A stretch of DNA of 64,000 bases from positions 186,001 through 250,000 of the forward strand of contig JAUPSS010000002.1 of NCBI GenBank assembly GCA_040285825.1. The letters are read 5' to 3'. A program made the position numbers and the translations under genes. This document shows positions 12,629 through 24,927 of the stretch, piece by piece. The number at the start of each line of letters is the position of its first letter. Position 1 is the first letter of the stretch. The notes beneath the pieces were generated by a model. It saw only the letters and a list, made by a program, of their open reading frames with translations, had not been told where the DNA came from and ran no database searches. The stretch is from Eukaryota sp. TZLM1-RC. Taxonomy: Eukaryota; Protista; Metamonada: BaSk clade.

Positions 12629-13876
12629 TCAGTTAGTAAACCTTTTCTTAGCAAAACCAGAACTTCTACTGCGCCTTGGGACCCCTGTGGTAGGGATATC
12701 ACTCTCTAACAGATCTAGATGTCGATGATATAGTGCAAAGATTTCCTCAAAAATTGGATCAGTATCTGTAATTGATGAAACAAGTTTTGAATACAAACTC
12801 TCATGACGATCTCTGAAATTGATCAAATGCCAAACTAAATCACCAAATCTACTGGAATTTACCCGCTCTCCACACTTACAAATACCAGGAGGAAATTTTC
12901 TACAAGGTGATGGGGAAACACAAGCAACATGGTGTACCAGCTCAGATGGAAATAAAAAAGTAGCGAGACAACCTTTGCAAACTCCCTTGAATATCAACCA
13001 AGGTGAGTCACAGCATTGAGGGAGACTATCGTCTAAATCCCCAGAAGAGTATTGGCAATACTGACAAAAATCGTAGACAGTTAGAACCATCAAACTGAAA
13101 CTTTTGCTGATGGCCTGGCACATGTCGAACATCGAAGAGAAGGATCCTGGAACGAGGGAACATTCACTGGATGTGCATCTGACGTTTGTTGAAGAATAAT
13201 CATCATAAAATAGGGTTTTAAATTTCCAACGTCCAGAGATAATGTGTCCTTCGGTATCGTCCAATAACTTTGCAACAGTTATTGCTATTGACCATGCATC
13301 AAAGGCTGCATAGTTTAATTGTGTGGTCGAAAGAGCTTCTACTGCCCAATCACTCTTAGTTGTATTTATATCTTTTGAATGGATTGGTGTTAAACCTAGC
13401 GCTTTCAGAAAACTCCCTGGTTGCCTTGGATTTCGTTTATTAACATCAGTACAACCACTTCTGAGGGAAAGGTGACGAAAAACAACGCTCGAATCAAAGT
13501 GTTGTTCAACGTCTACATTAAAATAGGAAGAAAAACGACTCAAGTCCTCAAATGAGTCTTTAAATACTTTGATTATTTTAGAACTCACCAAAAGATTTCT
13601 TATACAACTGGGCAATGAATGACACGAGTGGACTTGCACAATGACACAAGCAGAGTGAGTAGAAAATTGTAGTACATCGAGACGTTTTTCAGGCTGACTC
13701 AGTTTACCAAAATTGGGTTTCCATTCAGTATCAACAGCAATGAACGGAAATGTTGAAGACCGCAGGAGTTGATCAAAGACCTGCTGAAGTACAACTTCCG
13801 TGTCGTAACGTACAGAAACTAATGTAACAGGAATTGGTTCATCTTCGAAGGTCATTCGTATGTAAAGGGTCTTCAT
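12629..13876 (-). CDS. DEDDy 3'-5' exonuclease (WRN-exo/EXD-like) with Cys/His-rich C-terminus
   Basis: ExoI VDTEW, ExoII-like FEDL, ExoIII SDW..QLNYAAFDA. First ATG is at 13876; the track start is a non-ATG codon. Confidence 0.85.
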   Translation of the reverse strand: MKTLYIRMTFEDEPIPVTLVSVRYDTEVVLQQVFDQLLRSSTFPFIAVDTEWKPNFGKLSQPEKRLDVLQFSTHSACVIVQVHSCHSLPSCIRNLLVSSKIIKVFKDSFEDLSRFSSYFNVDVEQHFDSSVVFRHLSLRSGCTDVNKRNPRQPGSFLKALGLTPIHSKDINTTKSDWAVEALSTTQLNYAAFDAWSIAITVAKLLDDTEGHIISGRWKFKTLFYDDYSSTNVRCTSSECSLVPGSFSSMFDMCQAISKSFSLMVLTVYDFCQYCQYSSGDLDDSLPQCCDSPWLIFKGVCKGCLATFLFPSELVHHVACVSPSPCRKFPPGICKCGERVNSSRFGDLVWHLINFRDRHESLYSKLVSSITDTDPIFEEIFALYHRHLDLLESDIPTTGVPRRSRSSGFAKKRFTN

Positions 13877-14294
13877 TCTTACAGACAATGGCAAGAACAA
13901 TGGAACAAAGATAGATAGATGTAGAACAAAGAGGAAGACCCAGACCTTCACCTTCAAAAATCATTCTTTGAGGCCCAGCAGTTTTATTGGCCAAAATTCA
14001 ATTCCATCTCTTAATTTTTCCTCCATTGAACCCTGTTAATGAACAATAGTATAACATGTATCATAAAGCAATTGGTACAATACATATATGATGTTGGAAA
14101 AACTTGTTATACTACGAAGATTGAAGATGTGTTTCAAGGATCATGAACTGGATGTCACGTGAATTGTTTAATTTTTCACCTGTTGAAACACTCAGTGCAC
14201 CAGGTGGTATGAAATTTCAAACAATGGTTGAAAATCGAATGAACTTGACCACATAATAAGTATTATTTATGAAAATTACTACAAATACATACAT

Positions 14295-17200
14295 CTACTG
14301 ACAAATTTTCTTAAACATTTCAGAACTGATTTGGAACCCACCTGCAATGTTGATAACAGCCAAAAAGGCAGCAATAAGTGCGAGGATGTTGGCTCCAAGA
14401 TTAGCAGATCCAACTAAAGACATTGTACTTAAAACCACAATTCCAGAGATTGCATTGGTAAGTGACATCAAGGGTGAATGCAGTCTAGTATCAACAGCCC
14501 AAATAATGAACCAACCTACCAAGGACGCCAAAACAAGGACCAAAAGCATTTCAAGAAGTACAAAATCCTTGGGACTCACATAAGCAACTGCAAATACCAC
14601 AACTGCCAGAACAATCATCAATACAAACTTGGCTCCAGAAGACATTTCTTTCTTAGGTTCAGGTTCTGAAATGGTAGGATTGGATACAGGAGCAGCAGGT
14701 TTCTTGGAGACTTGGATTGGGGGATGGGTGAGTTCTTCGCCATCTTTCATAAATGTTGAGTTTTTGACAACCACATTGGAATCATAAGCAGCTTGACTGA
14801 AAAACTCGGTTTTGAGCCCTTTTCCACCACTAAATTCATCAAATAAATTAACCATATTCTGGCCAAACATTTGGGAGCTCTGAGTTGCCATTCTGGAAGG
14901 AAGATTAGTGTAACCAATAATAGTAACACGGTTATCTCCAACTTCAACAACATCACCAATCTTGGTCATGGTAGTATTACCTCCACCTAAAGCAGCCAAA
15001 TCGACAATACAAGAGCCGGGCTTCATTGCGGCAATCATATCATCAAAGATAAGTTTAGGGGCACCAAAAGGAGAAGCAGCGGTTAAGATTAAAAGATCGC
15101 ACTTCTTACACATATCCATATTCATTTCACGTTGAGCTTGCTTTTCAGCATCTCCAAGTTCCTTAGCATAACCACTAGCAGTGGAAGCATCAATATTGAC
15201 CTTTGGTTGTACCCATTTACCTCCAAGCGACTCAACCTCATCACCGATAGGTCTACTATCAAAGGCATAAGTTTCAGCACCAAGAGAGGTAAGAAGACCA
15301 ATAGAAGCAAGTCCAGCAACACCGGCACCCAAAACAAAAGCTTTACAAGGAGGGAACTTACCAGAAGCAGTCACTTCTGTGTTCAAGAATCTTCCAATAA
15401 CGGAAGTACCTTCAATAACAGCTCTGTAGCCAGCAGCCTTGGCTTGACTAGAAAGAACGTCCATTTTCTGAGCTCTGGAGATACGTGGAATCTGTTCCAA
15501 GGCAGTGACAGTGAGTTTCTTTTCCTTCATAGCAGACACAGACTCTGCATTGAGTTTTGCCATGACAAGTGAAATAAGATGTTGGCCTGGTCTAAAGTAA
15601 GCTACTTCGTCAACAGAGGGGGGATTGATCTTAACAACAACATCAGCTTGGGAAACTACAGCTTCATTGTCAGGTAAGATTTCAGCACCAGACTCAATAT
15701 ACAAGTCGTCAGAAAACTTGGCACCATCTCCAGCTCCAGAAGCCAACATTACTCGGAATCCCATTTTACGAAGGCGTTTAGCAGCATCAGGATGGATAGC
15801 AACTCTGTGCTCACCTTCCTGGATTTCTGCCATTACACCAATGGTAACATGGTCAGGACTAAGTTCTGGCAGGGGTTCTTCTTCTTGAACTACTACATTG
15901 ATGGATAATTCATTATTGTCAGCCACATTCTCCTTAGGAATAGCTTGCAATTTGGATTGAATACCAGTTAGAGTTTTCTTCGCATCGCCAAGGACTGTGC
16001 TGCAATTATCTTTCAGAAGAAGAGATAGAGGTTCTCCCGAATAACCAGAATCCAAACGTGGAGACCTCTTCAAAACAAATGTCTTCTTACAAAAGTGAGT
16101 AGGTACAATGGGCATGCCTGCAATATTGCTATCAGCAACTTCCATGGCCACTGGATTAATGGTATCAGCACAACCAATTGCAATTGCACAATCGTAAGAG
16201 TCAAATTGGCCTTCCAAATCCTGAAGATCGAAAATGATGTCATATGGAATAGCATTTTCGGCAAGGATAACAGCAAGATGTCCAGGCATTCTACCTGCAA
16301 CAGGATGGACACAAAAGTGCACAGTGATACCACGTTGTTGAAGATCTTTGGTTATTTCGGCAACATTGCCACCGGCTCTTGACTGGGCTAAACCTAGTAT
16401 AAGAAAAACATTAAACTGACATACCAAAACCAGGGACAATTAAGACCTTTTTTGAATCAACCAACGTAGAGACAACATCTTCTTCCGAACCAATTTTGAC
16501 ATCAGCTTGATCATATGAATGTCCAGCAGCCTTTTTCATCTTGCCGCCAAGAATGACAGCAGACAATGGACGATTCATTGCCTGGGCCATAGCAATAGAC
16601 AGAATGAAGCCAGAACTACCGACAAGAATCCCAACAATAACCAAACTATTGTAACCAGTTAAAAGACCTGCAGCAGCACCAGACCATCCGGATAGAGAGT
16701 TTAGAACAGAAATTAAGACTGGAGCATCAGCACCACCAACTGAAATAAGTTAAACAATAAGACATACCTGCCATGGCAGAAGGAATACCCATGAGGAAAG
16801 AGATACCAGCGATAGCAATCATGGAGTACAAGCCAAGTCCGTCAACTTCTTGCGGGTCATTGACGAAGAACAGCACAGCGAAAACAAGCAGTCCAGAAAG
16901 CAAGATAATATTAATAGTTCGCGAAACAATAGCAGACCAGGTGTTTTGGACCCACTGTTGTAATTTTGCGGCGGCAATAAGAGATCCAGAAAACGTGAGT
17001 GACCCGAGAGCTATGGTGAAAATGGTGATAGTTTTGTCAAAAGCTTCGTCTTCAATATCAGAGTTGATATAGGACGAAACAGCAGCTAGAGCAGCACTGA
17101 CACCTCCAAAAGAGTTGTAAACTGCAACCATTTGAGGAAGATTTTGGAAGCTGATGAGACGACCAATGACTATACCAACAACGCATCCAAGAGCCAACAC

Positions 17201-17386
17201 AATAGAGAGATCAACATAGGCATCGACAGTTTCGCGAATTAAAGTCGAACCGACCGCAATGATAATTCCGACAACTCCATAGAGAATTGAGGACTTGGAT
17301 GTTTTGACCTTCTTGAGTTGAGAAAGGGCCACAACGAAGAACAACGATGCGAGAAATTCACCTGCTAAAATGTAGTTAGCCGTCAT
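14295..17386 (-). CDS. NNT: Proton-translocating NAD(P) transhydrogenase, single-chain beta-alpha fusion; exons 17386-16768, 16739-16425, 16393-14295 (1010 aa)
   Basis: Beta motifs PQMVAVYNSFGG, VGGADAPV..LNS, HPVAGRMPGH; alpha motifs RISRAQKMDVLSS, GAGVAGL, LHSPLMSLTNAISG. Introns 16740-16767 (28 nt) and 16394-16424 (31 nt), both GTATGT..AG, restore one frame. Confidence 0.95.
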
Positions 17387-18950
17387 TGCAATAGAGAAAT
17401 ATTACGTTGGATTCGATGTAGAACTATTTGAACTTAAATTATTGACCAAGTTCAAAAATCACGTTCCAAAACGTGTTCTGGTAAACAACACTTCTCATAC
17501 TGAGTGTCATTGTCATTCATTATATACACAGTATCAAAATTTCTGGTTTATAGTTTTGTGTTGTTAGTGCATTTATATGTGTGAACGTCAGAATACACTG
17601 CAAAGTCAAGGATGGTTTATGAAACATGCAGGTGAAGGCGGTCTGTAGAGGCAGTGGCAGTGTTAGCCAAATGCAGTATGTACCTCTTTCTACTTAATCA
17701 AAAGATCAAAATTGCGATCTTTTTGACCCCTCACAAATGCTATTACAATCTCTCACATCTCCTTGCACAAGGACATTCTTTACACTTTTATGAAGTTTAG
17801 TTTCATCAAAAATAATATTGAAACAAACTATTGCGATTGAAACCTTGAAACCGGAAGTCAGAGGTGACAAGACACTAACATGTTATGAACTATGGTGTTT
17901 TAAATTCTCACTGCTGTAGCCATTATTTCCAAACACAGCCACATTTTCTGCAGAAACATTGAATATTGTTGTTGGGATACTACTCTCTGATTTCTGCACA
18001 GAAGCATGTCTCAATACATTATTGAATACACACTCAAGATAAATAGTAGAGTCTGGTTGCAGCAAATTACCCTTAAATTCTGATTGACAAACTTCGAAAA
18101 TACATCATAATCTGTGGATTCAGCTGACTGCGGCTTCTGTGACAATTTCCATTAACTTATTATACAATAACACTACTTTACTTTTTTTCTCCTAATTTGG
18201 TCATGTACTTTGATCAATATGCAGTAGAGATTGACAATTGTTGTCCTGAGACATTTAAGTCAAGCAAGAACTGTGTCAAAGATGGTTGGACAGATGTAAG
18301 AGTGAAGTTGAAACTCTGACAATTAATGGACATGTTTGAGAATGTGCCAATTGTTGAAAAATCTGGATTTTCGAAAACCCCGACTTAGCCCCCATTCTGT
18401 TGAAATTTTTAACAGTTACCTCATCGAAATGTCTTGGTAATGGTGAATGAGAAAAACTTCTGTGGTTTCATTGCCCTTGGCCAAAAAAAGTTAATGTATT
18501 TTATAAACAAAACTAAGAAACTACCAAAAAACGTACTTGGGGGTGGTGGTGTTGGGTTGTTAAAACAAATTTTCATAGAACCAGGAAGATTTCTCCAAGA
18601 ACTTCAAAAATATTTACCTAATGTAAAACCAAATGGAGATAAATTCATGAACTCTAGCAAAAAGAACTGCTGCGAGGTTTACCATAGAAGGTGTATTATG
18701 GAGATAATGTGAAATTTGAATTAGGAAACTAGTCCAAGATGTGATAAAGGCTAGTGTGAAGACATAACCGCTTCAAGAAATCGCTGAACCTAGCCATTTC
18801 CAAACACATCAAAGGTACCACAAACATTTAGATGAGATGTGAGAGTGTAGTTGCAGTTTTTATCTATGTATTGCTTGTGAAAGGCTGAGGGAAAGGAATA
18901 CACTCAATATTCCAAAAAAACAATGATAGAAATTCCTTTTTTCTCCGCAA

Positions 18951-19543
18951 ATGCGTCCCAATTGTATGTAGTGATTGATCTATGTTCACCCTAAGTTAGA
19001 AAGACTGCTGTTACTCCCCGTCGTCCTTATGAGAAGGAACGTATTATGAACGAGCTCAAGTTGGTCGGAGAATACGGTCTCCGTTGCAAACGCGAAGTCT
19101 GGCGTGTCAAGTTCACCCTCGCCAAAATCCGTAAGGCAGCCCGTATGCTCCTCACTCTTGAGGAAAATGACCCCAAGAGAATCTTCGAAGGAGCTGCTCT
19201 TCTCCGTAGGTTACACAGATTAGGAGTTCTCCCTGCTGATAAGATGCAACTTGATTACGTTCTTGCACTCAAGATCGAAGATCTTCTTGAACGTCGTCTT
19301 CAAACTCTCTGTTTCCGTAAGGGTTTAGCTAAGTCTATTCATCATGCTCGTGTCTTAGTTTTTGGTAGACATATCCGTGTCGGAAAGCAGTTGGTCAATG
19401 TACCTTCATTCGCTGTTCGTACCGATAGCCAAGAGCACATTGAAATCTCATATACTTCACCACTCACCGGTAATCACTTTGGTCGTGTCAAGAAACGTTC
19501 AATGAAGTCTGGGGGCGTTGAAGCTGGTGATGATGATCTGTAA
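18951..19543 (+). CDS. RPS9: 40S ribosomal protein S9 (uS4); exons 18951-18963 and 18996-19543 (186 aa)
   Basis: [38 protein letters not shown]; 32-nt GTATGT..AG intron at 18964-18995 restores the frame. Confidence 0.97.
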
Positions 19544-19896
19544 TTAATTTCAATGGTCAGCTATTATTTCCTGGATCAGTTGTCACTTTTCGGTTTATAG
19601 TTTTTGATGTAGTCTGATTAATCCATAACTGCAATAAATTCGGTGGCGTTTGTCTTTTATTTTTCTTTTCGTTAAGTCCCACAAATTTGTTTACCGTAAA
19701 TGTTCATATGAAATTAGAGAAGCTACAGCAAGGAAAAACAATAGATAATATTTTTTTTTCACCTCAGAAACTCAATTGTTTCCTTTTCAAAAACATTGCT
19801 CTCTCGTTTGGTTGATCAAGATACTGTGAATACTTTTGGTCGAAATAGAGGTGATCAAAATGAATCTCTCGAAGGGACAGCATCATTACTGAAGTG

Positions 19897-20007
19897 CGTT
19901 GTACTGTGGACAATTAGTCTAGTATAGACTTCACTAGTGACGGCCGAAATTTAATAAATACCTTTATCTTTTATCTCTATTCTGTAATGTCTAACCATAC
20001 AGCATCA
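19897..20007 (+). repeat. 5' LTR of outer Gypsy element (111 bp, begins CG instead of TG)
   Basis: Direct repeat of 29312-29439, lacking a 15-bp and a 2-bp segment. Confidence 0.92.
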
Positions 20008-22560
20008 TTAATTAATGGCTCCGGCCAGGACATTAACGGTAATCCTCCTTCTCAGAAGAGTAATCCTCCTCAGGAGAGTGAACTTCCCGCTGAGAAGAGC
20101 CTCGCCTCTCATAAAGGAAGTCACCTCCCCAATAAGGAGAGTGGTAATCACGTTGTTGATGTGACAGAACTGTACACATACCCTAACAACTCCTCGGAGC
20201 TCCTTCCTTGTAGGAAGAGTTTTCTTACTCCGAGCAAGCAACAGAGATTCAAAATGTTTTCTATAACTGACATTTCTAACGCTTGTACAGAAGGTGAAGG
20301 AGGTGAAGACGAGCAACAGTCTAAGACTAGCTCTTCACGTAAAACTCCCTCCTCACCTACTTCTGACACCACCTCGAGTGAGGAACCACAAAGTGCTTCC
20401 AGAGGAACTCATAATCAGGATAACAGCAGAAGAAGGGATGAGAGCGATGATGAACCTCCTCATACTCCCAATCCTTCTAATCCAACTCCAAGTTTTCCAT
20501 CTACGGAAAGGACTTCTCAAGGTCTTTACCGAAGGAAACTAGCAATGGCAGTTGAGGCTGTAACTAGAGATTTCCTATTGGATCTCATCGCCAATCCTCC
20601 TGATGATGTAATGGATTGGAGTGATGATGAATTACTAAAAATGGCTGAGAATGAGGCAGAACGCCTCTCAGGGGACGTAGATTCAGCCGAATGTGAGAAG
20701 GTCAGACGTGACTATTTAGCGAAACGTTGGCCCTTTCCCTTTGGGGAAGCCCACGGCAAAACACTTGACGATGTCGTCTACGAGAGTTATGATCAGAGTC
20801 CAAATCTTTTAAAGAGATTGGATGATCTTACCGGTTCGGCAGTCTCGTGTGGGATGAGTGCAGTCGAGGATTGCTATTTTAGTGCTCTTCGTTTAAAGTA
20901 TCAAGCTGCTACTCCCAGGCCTGCCAAATGGCATAGGGATGCGATTGATGACCACAAAATATATTTCAGTGGAAATCAAGAGGCTTACGACAGACTATTT
21001 TGGATAGCTAAAATGTACCCTCAAAATCAACAGGGTAGAAACCTTAGAGGCGTCGTAAGGCATTTCCTAGTGGAGAACGTACACCCAAAAGATTCCATTG
21101 CGGATATCTTTATTATGCTTGGGGGCAGATTCGATGAATTCCGAGGTGACACCCTTCAATTTCATACCAAAGAGTCCTACATTAGAGAAATTGGCACAAG
21201 GGTAATTGAATTGAAAGAGCAACGTTTTGGCCCTAACAAGTTAAAATTAGTATATCCTGATGCATGGATGGCAAAACTTAAGGCATGGGTTGATAGCTGG
21301 CCCGACCAAAATGTTTTTAAGAATGTCTTAATAAAGAGCAGTTGCCTTCCATATGATCATAAACTAGCAGGGGTCCCTAGAGGATCTAAAGATGCACCAA
21401 ATTGGGTGGATTTAAGGCCACCAGCCCAGACCGTACCTGTGCAGGAGGAACCTCCTAAGACAAGATTTATCATAAAATTGGGCGAAACATTGCCTTCAGA
21501 AGAGAGGAATATGAACTTATTTAGTACACCTTCTGTAGGGCCTCTGGCATCTAGGAGAGCTTCTTGTGAAGCAACTCCTACACAAGCATCTGTTATAAAA
21601 CCATCTATACCCACGCAACCCCTAGGAACGAATGCTCCTAGAGATTCTCTCGTCGACACCCTCGGTTTTGATAGAACTCCTGTAACAGACGAGGAAAAAT
21701 TGAGGAAAAGAATAGACGATAAACTCAGATGCCTAGTTAAGTTAAATGAAGCGTTTGACGCCAAGAAGATCTTCGACTTCGTTCTTAACTTTGGCAATTC
21801 GGCTAAAACGGTTAGCCATCGCGATGGACCCACCAGAGCATTTACGCCGATCTCCAAATACGGTCCACCTGTTCATCAGTACAACTTCGTTAGATCTATG
21901 CTCTTCGAAGTGGACCCTTTGTATTTGAGATTTATGATCGAGGGTAAGGTCATCGCAGAATGGCAGAGTTTTTATGGAGGCCGAACAAACGTGTTAGGCA
22001 ACAACCCATCTGACGCCGAAATCTGGGAATAGTTGCTACTCAGCACCCAGTACAAATACCCTACCGATGTTGAGAAGGCTTTGAGGTCTGTAAGACCACC
22101 TGAGATCAGTCGAAGAATGAGCGCTGAATTTTTCATGGACAGCCTCCATAGAGCAGATCATATATATAATTCGACGCTCTACAATTATGCCCGGAACGGA
22201 TGGTAATCCGTCTGTCGTCTATCCAACAAAGAGATTTCTCGAAACCATTAACGACAAAAAACAATCAATTGATGGACACATATATCATTTGGATTGGCAA
22301 GTTTGATTCGAGTAACGAGAAACTGGGCGATGCGATTTACGATTTAGGTAACGCGTTTGTTAATAAGGTCAATAGCCTTGAATCCTCAATCAAAGACATT
22401 AACTTGATTAGAACAGCTTTCGGTGCTCACACTCCTGTGCAAAAAGGACGAAGCCAGTCAAAAGGTCCTTTCAAGAACCCTAGAGTAAGCAGTCGACCCA
22501 ACATTCAGAGCAATGGTGTAGCTTATGCAAAACCAATCAACAACCTGAAGAGAAATGTTT
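19987..22560 (+). CDS. Gag-like region (681-aa ORF; sequence continues past TAG 22030-22032 to a degenerate zinc knuckle)
   Basis: First ORF of the element, ATG inside the LTR. WCSLCKTNQQPEEKCFKIVGRP at ~22514 is in the protease frame. Confidence 0.7.
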
Positions 22561-22567
22561 TAAAATA

Positions 22568-24927
22568 GTGGGAAGACCAGGTCCAAAAAAGCGTCAAGGA
22601 GGTGAAAAAGGTGATAGAAAACGAAAAAGTAGTAGTAATAAATCAGATGATTATACATCTTTTAACAATAACCTTACAAATAATTCAATCAATTACATTT
22701 ATAAAATGAGCAAAGCAGATTCGAATTATAAACACCTAAATCCATTAAAAAGATTTAGAGAGTCATCCAATCCTTTGGGTTCTATCCACAGTGTTAGACT
22801 ATCCAGGGTAGCAGAGGACCATGAAAGTTCTAACGGGGAACTTTGGTTAACCTGCACCATAAATAACGTGGAAGTACAAGGCGAAATTGATAATGGAGCT
22901 GCATTTTCAGCATTATCAATGAATTTAGCCTCTAAATGTAATATGACAGTTAATGACAATAAGACTGTCGAATACCTATCGGCAAATGGTATTCGCTCCA
23001 CGACCCTGGGATGTGCAAGTGGTGCTCTTGCTCTATATGTCGCTAGCTTGGCCACTCAAGTGTTTTTAAGGATCGAATTCCAGATCATTCCTGGTACCAA
23101 TAATTTTTTGATCGGAAGAGACTTATTACAAACCTTGGGGCTACGCACGGATCACGGTTTTAATATTAATTTGGATCGCGAACACCGCACCATCTTAAAT
23201 GCTGAATGTGAGTTTGATAATAGAATTTGTCAACCAATTAGATTCATAGAACAATTGAGTAATAAATCAGACTTTGGTAATGATATTCGGCATTCCACAT
23301 TTAGACATAAGTTAGATGAGTTGGGCTGTAGAATATGCCTGGATGACATTAGGGACGAGGAACGCCTAGTCGTGCTACTCTAAAAATATAGAAATGTATT
23401 TAGTGGGCTACCTCACCCGGATGGAATTGATTGTCAGCCGTTGACCATTCCATTTTATGACAAAAGTAAGGTCGTCAAAAGGAAACCTCGAAGATTAAAC
23501 CCAGAAAAACAACGGGTAGCCGAGGAAATTTTTAACGAATTGATCCATAATGGATTTGCTGTGCCCGCAAAGTCTCAATTCAGTAGTCCCATCTGTATTG
23601 TGATTTACCCTGATCACAGGAAACCACGATTAACTGGCGATTTTAGTGGTATTGGTGGAGTAAATGATTTAACTAAACCTGTAGAGGCAAATTTGCCCAG
23701 GATTAGCGACATTTTAGAGTTTTTAAGTAAAGCTAAATTATATAGCAACTCTAGATTTACCTAAGGCATTTTGGCAGCTCAAAATTGCAGAAGAGGATAT
23801 TGATAAAACTACCGTATCAATTCCCGGGATGTCGATCAGTTTTAAAAGGGCTTGTTTTGGTTTGAAGAACGTTCCTGCAGTCTTCCAAAACATGATGATG
23901 GAAATATTTGATTCTGAGGGCGTATTTATTTATATCGATGATATAATAATAGTAGCTTCGACCCTGGATGAATTTCTATCCAGAGTAGGTACGGTCCTAG
24001 AACGCGCCAAACGTTTTAGAGTTAACCTGGGCCTACCCAAGTGTAGCTTTACCACTTGCAAACATGAAATATAAATTCTAGGTAGTATTTTTGTAAACAA
24101 AACCCGTTATATAGATGAATCTAGGATCGAGGGACTGATCAACCTACCCAAACCCACGACATTACCTGAAGTTAGGAGTTTTATAGGTTCGATCAATTAT
24201 ATACGTGACTGGTTGCCAAATTTGTCTGACTTGATTGAACCAATCAACAAATTAACCAGAAACAAGCCGTGGATTTCTGATCAAGACGAGGCTTTTGGTA
24301 AGATTATAAATCTTATTAAAGCAAATATCCCTCTTGAAATGCCCTCAGAAGACAAGCATATTTTAATAAGTGCTGACGCGTCCGATGTGGCTGTAGGTGG
24401 GGTAATATGGCAAGAAGCTAACCCACCTAAAGATCCTACGACACCGCTAAATAAGAGAAAGGTTGTACCTATTACCTTCTTTAGCAGATTATTATCAACT
24501 TCACAAAAGAATTGGTCTGTACTTCAGAAAGAGTTGTATGCAATTTTACTAATTCTCACTGACAGTAGTTTAGAAAATTATTTAATTTCGAGGAAATTAA
24601 CTATTTTCACTGATCATAGAAATTTAGCATACCTCATATCAGCTCCTGAAAAGAACAGAATTGTAAAGAGGTGGCTACCAATATTGTCAGAATTCAATTT
24701 TGATGTAGTCCACACTGCAGGCGAGGAGAATTATTGGGCAGACATGTTGTCTAGATTGGTTGACAACAAACCCAAAACTCCTCGAGTCCAACAAGTGAGA
24801 AACTTGGCACCTCACAGAGTTGAAGAACAATTGCCCTATTTAAATTTATTAACTAGAGTTAATTTGTTAAGGGATGATATTACTCAACCGTCCACAATTG
24901 AGCTACCCACAATCAATAGCTTATCTG
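22568..24927 (+). pseudogene. Gypsy pol: aspartic protease, reverse transcriptase, RNase H (interrupted)
   Basis: EIDNGAA..LIGRD; FSSPI..PRLTGDF; LDLPKAFWQ; FGLKNVPAVFQ; YIDD; DASD..KELYAI..TDHRNL..NYWADMLSR. Confidence 0.92.

Noticed and set aside
14347-16382. Many antisense and alternate-frame ORFs over NNT (also over eIF3a and TE ORFs)
   Set aside because: Shadow ORFs of real coding sequence
17883-18065. ORF sharing ESSIPT with the Fanzor cassette translation
   Set aside because: Only about 13 nt match; no Fanzor motifs around it; not adjacent to an ATG
20008-20030. Tf1-type self-priming site
   Set aside because: I found no complement of the post-LTR sequence inside the outer or nested LTR
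22030-22032. Programmed TAG readthrough or stop-codon reassignment in gag
   Set aside because: The element has several other lesions, and host genes end normally in TAA, TAG and TGA; a nonsense mutation is simpler
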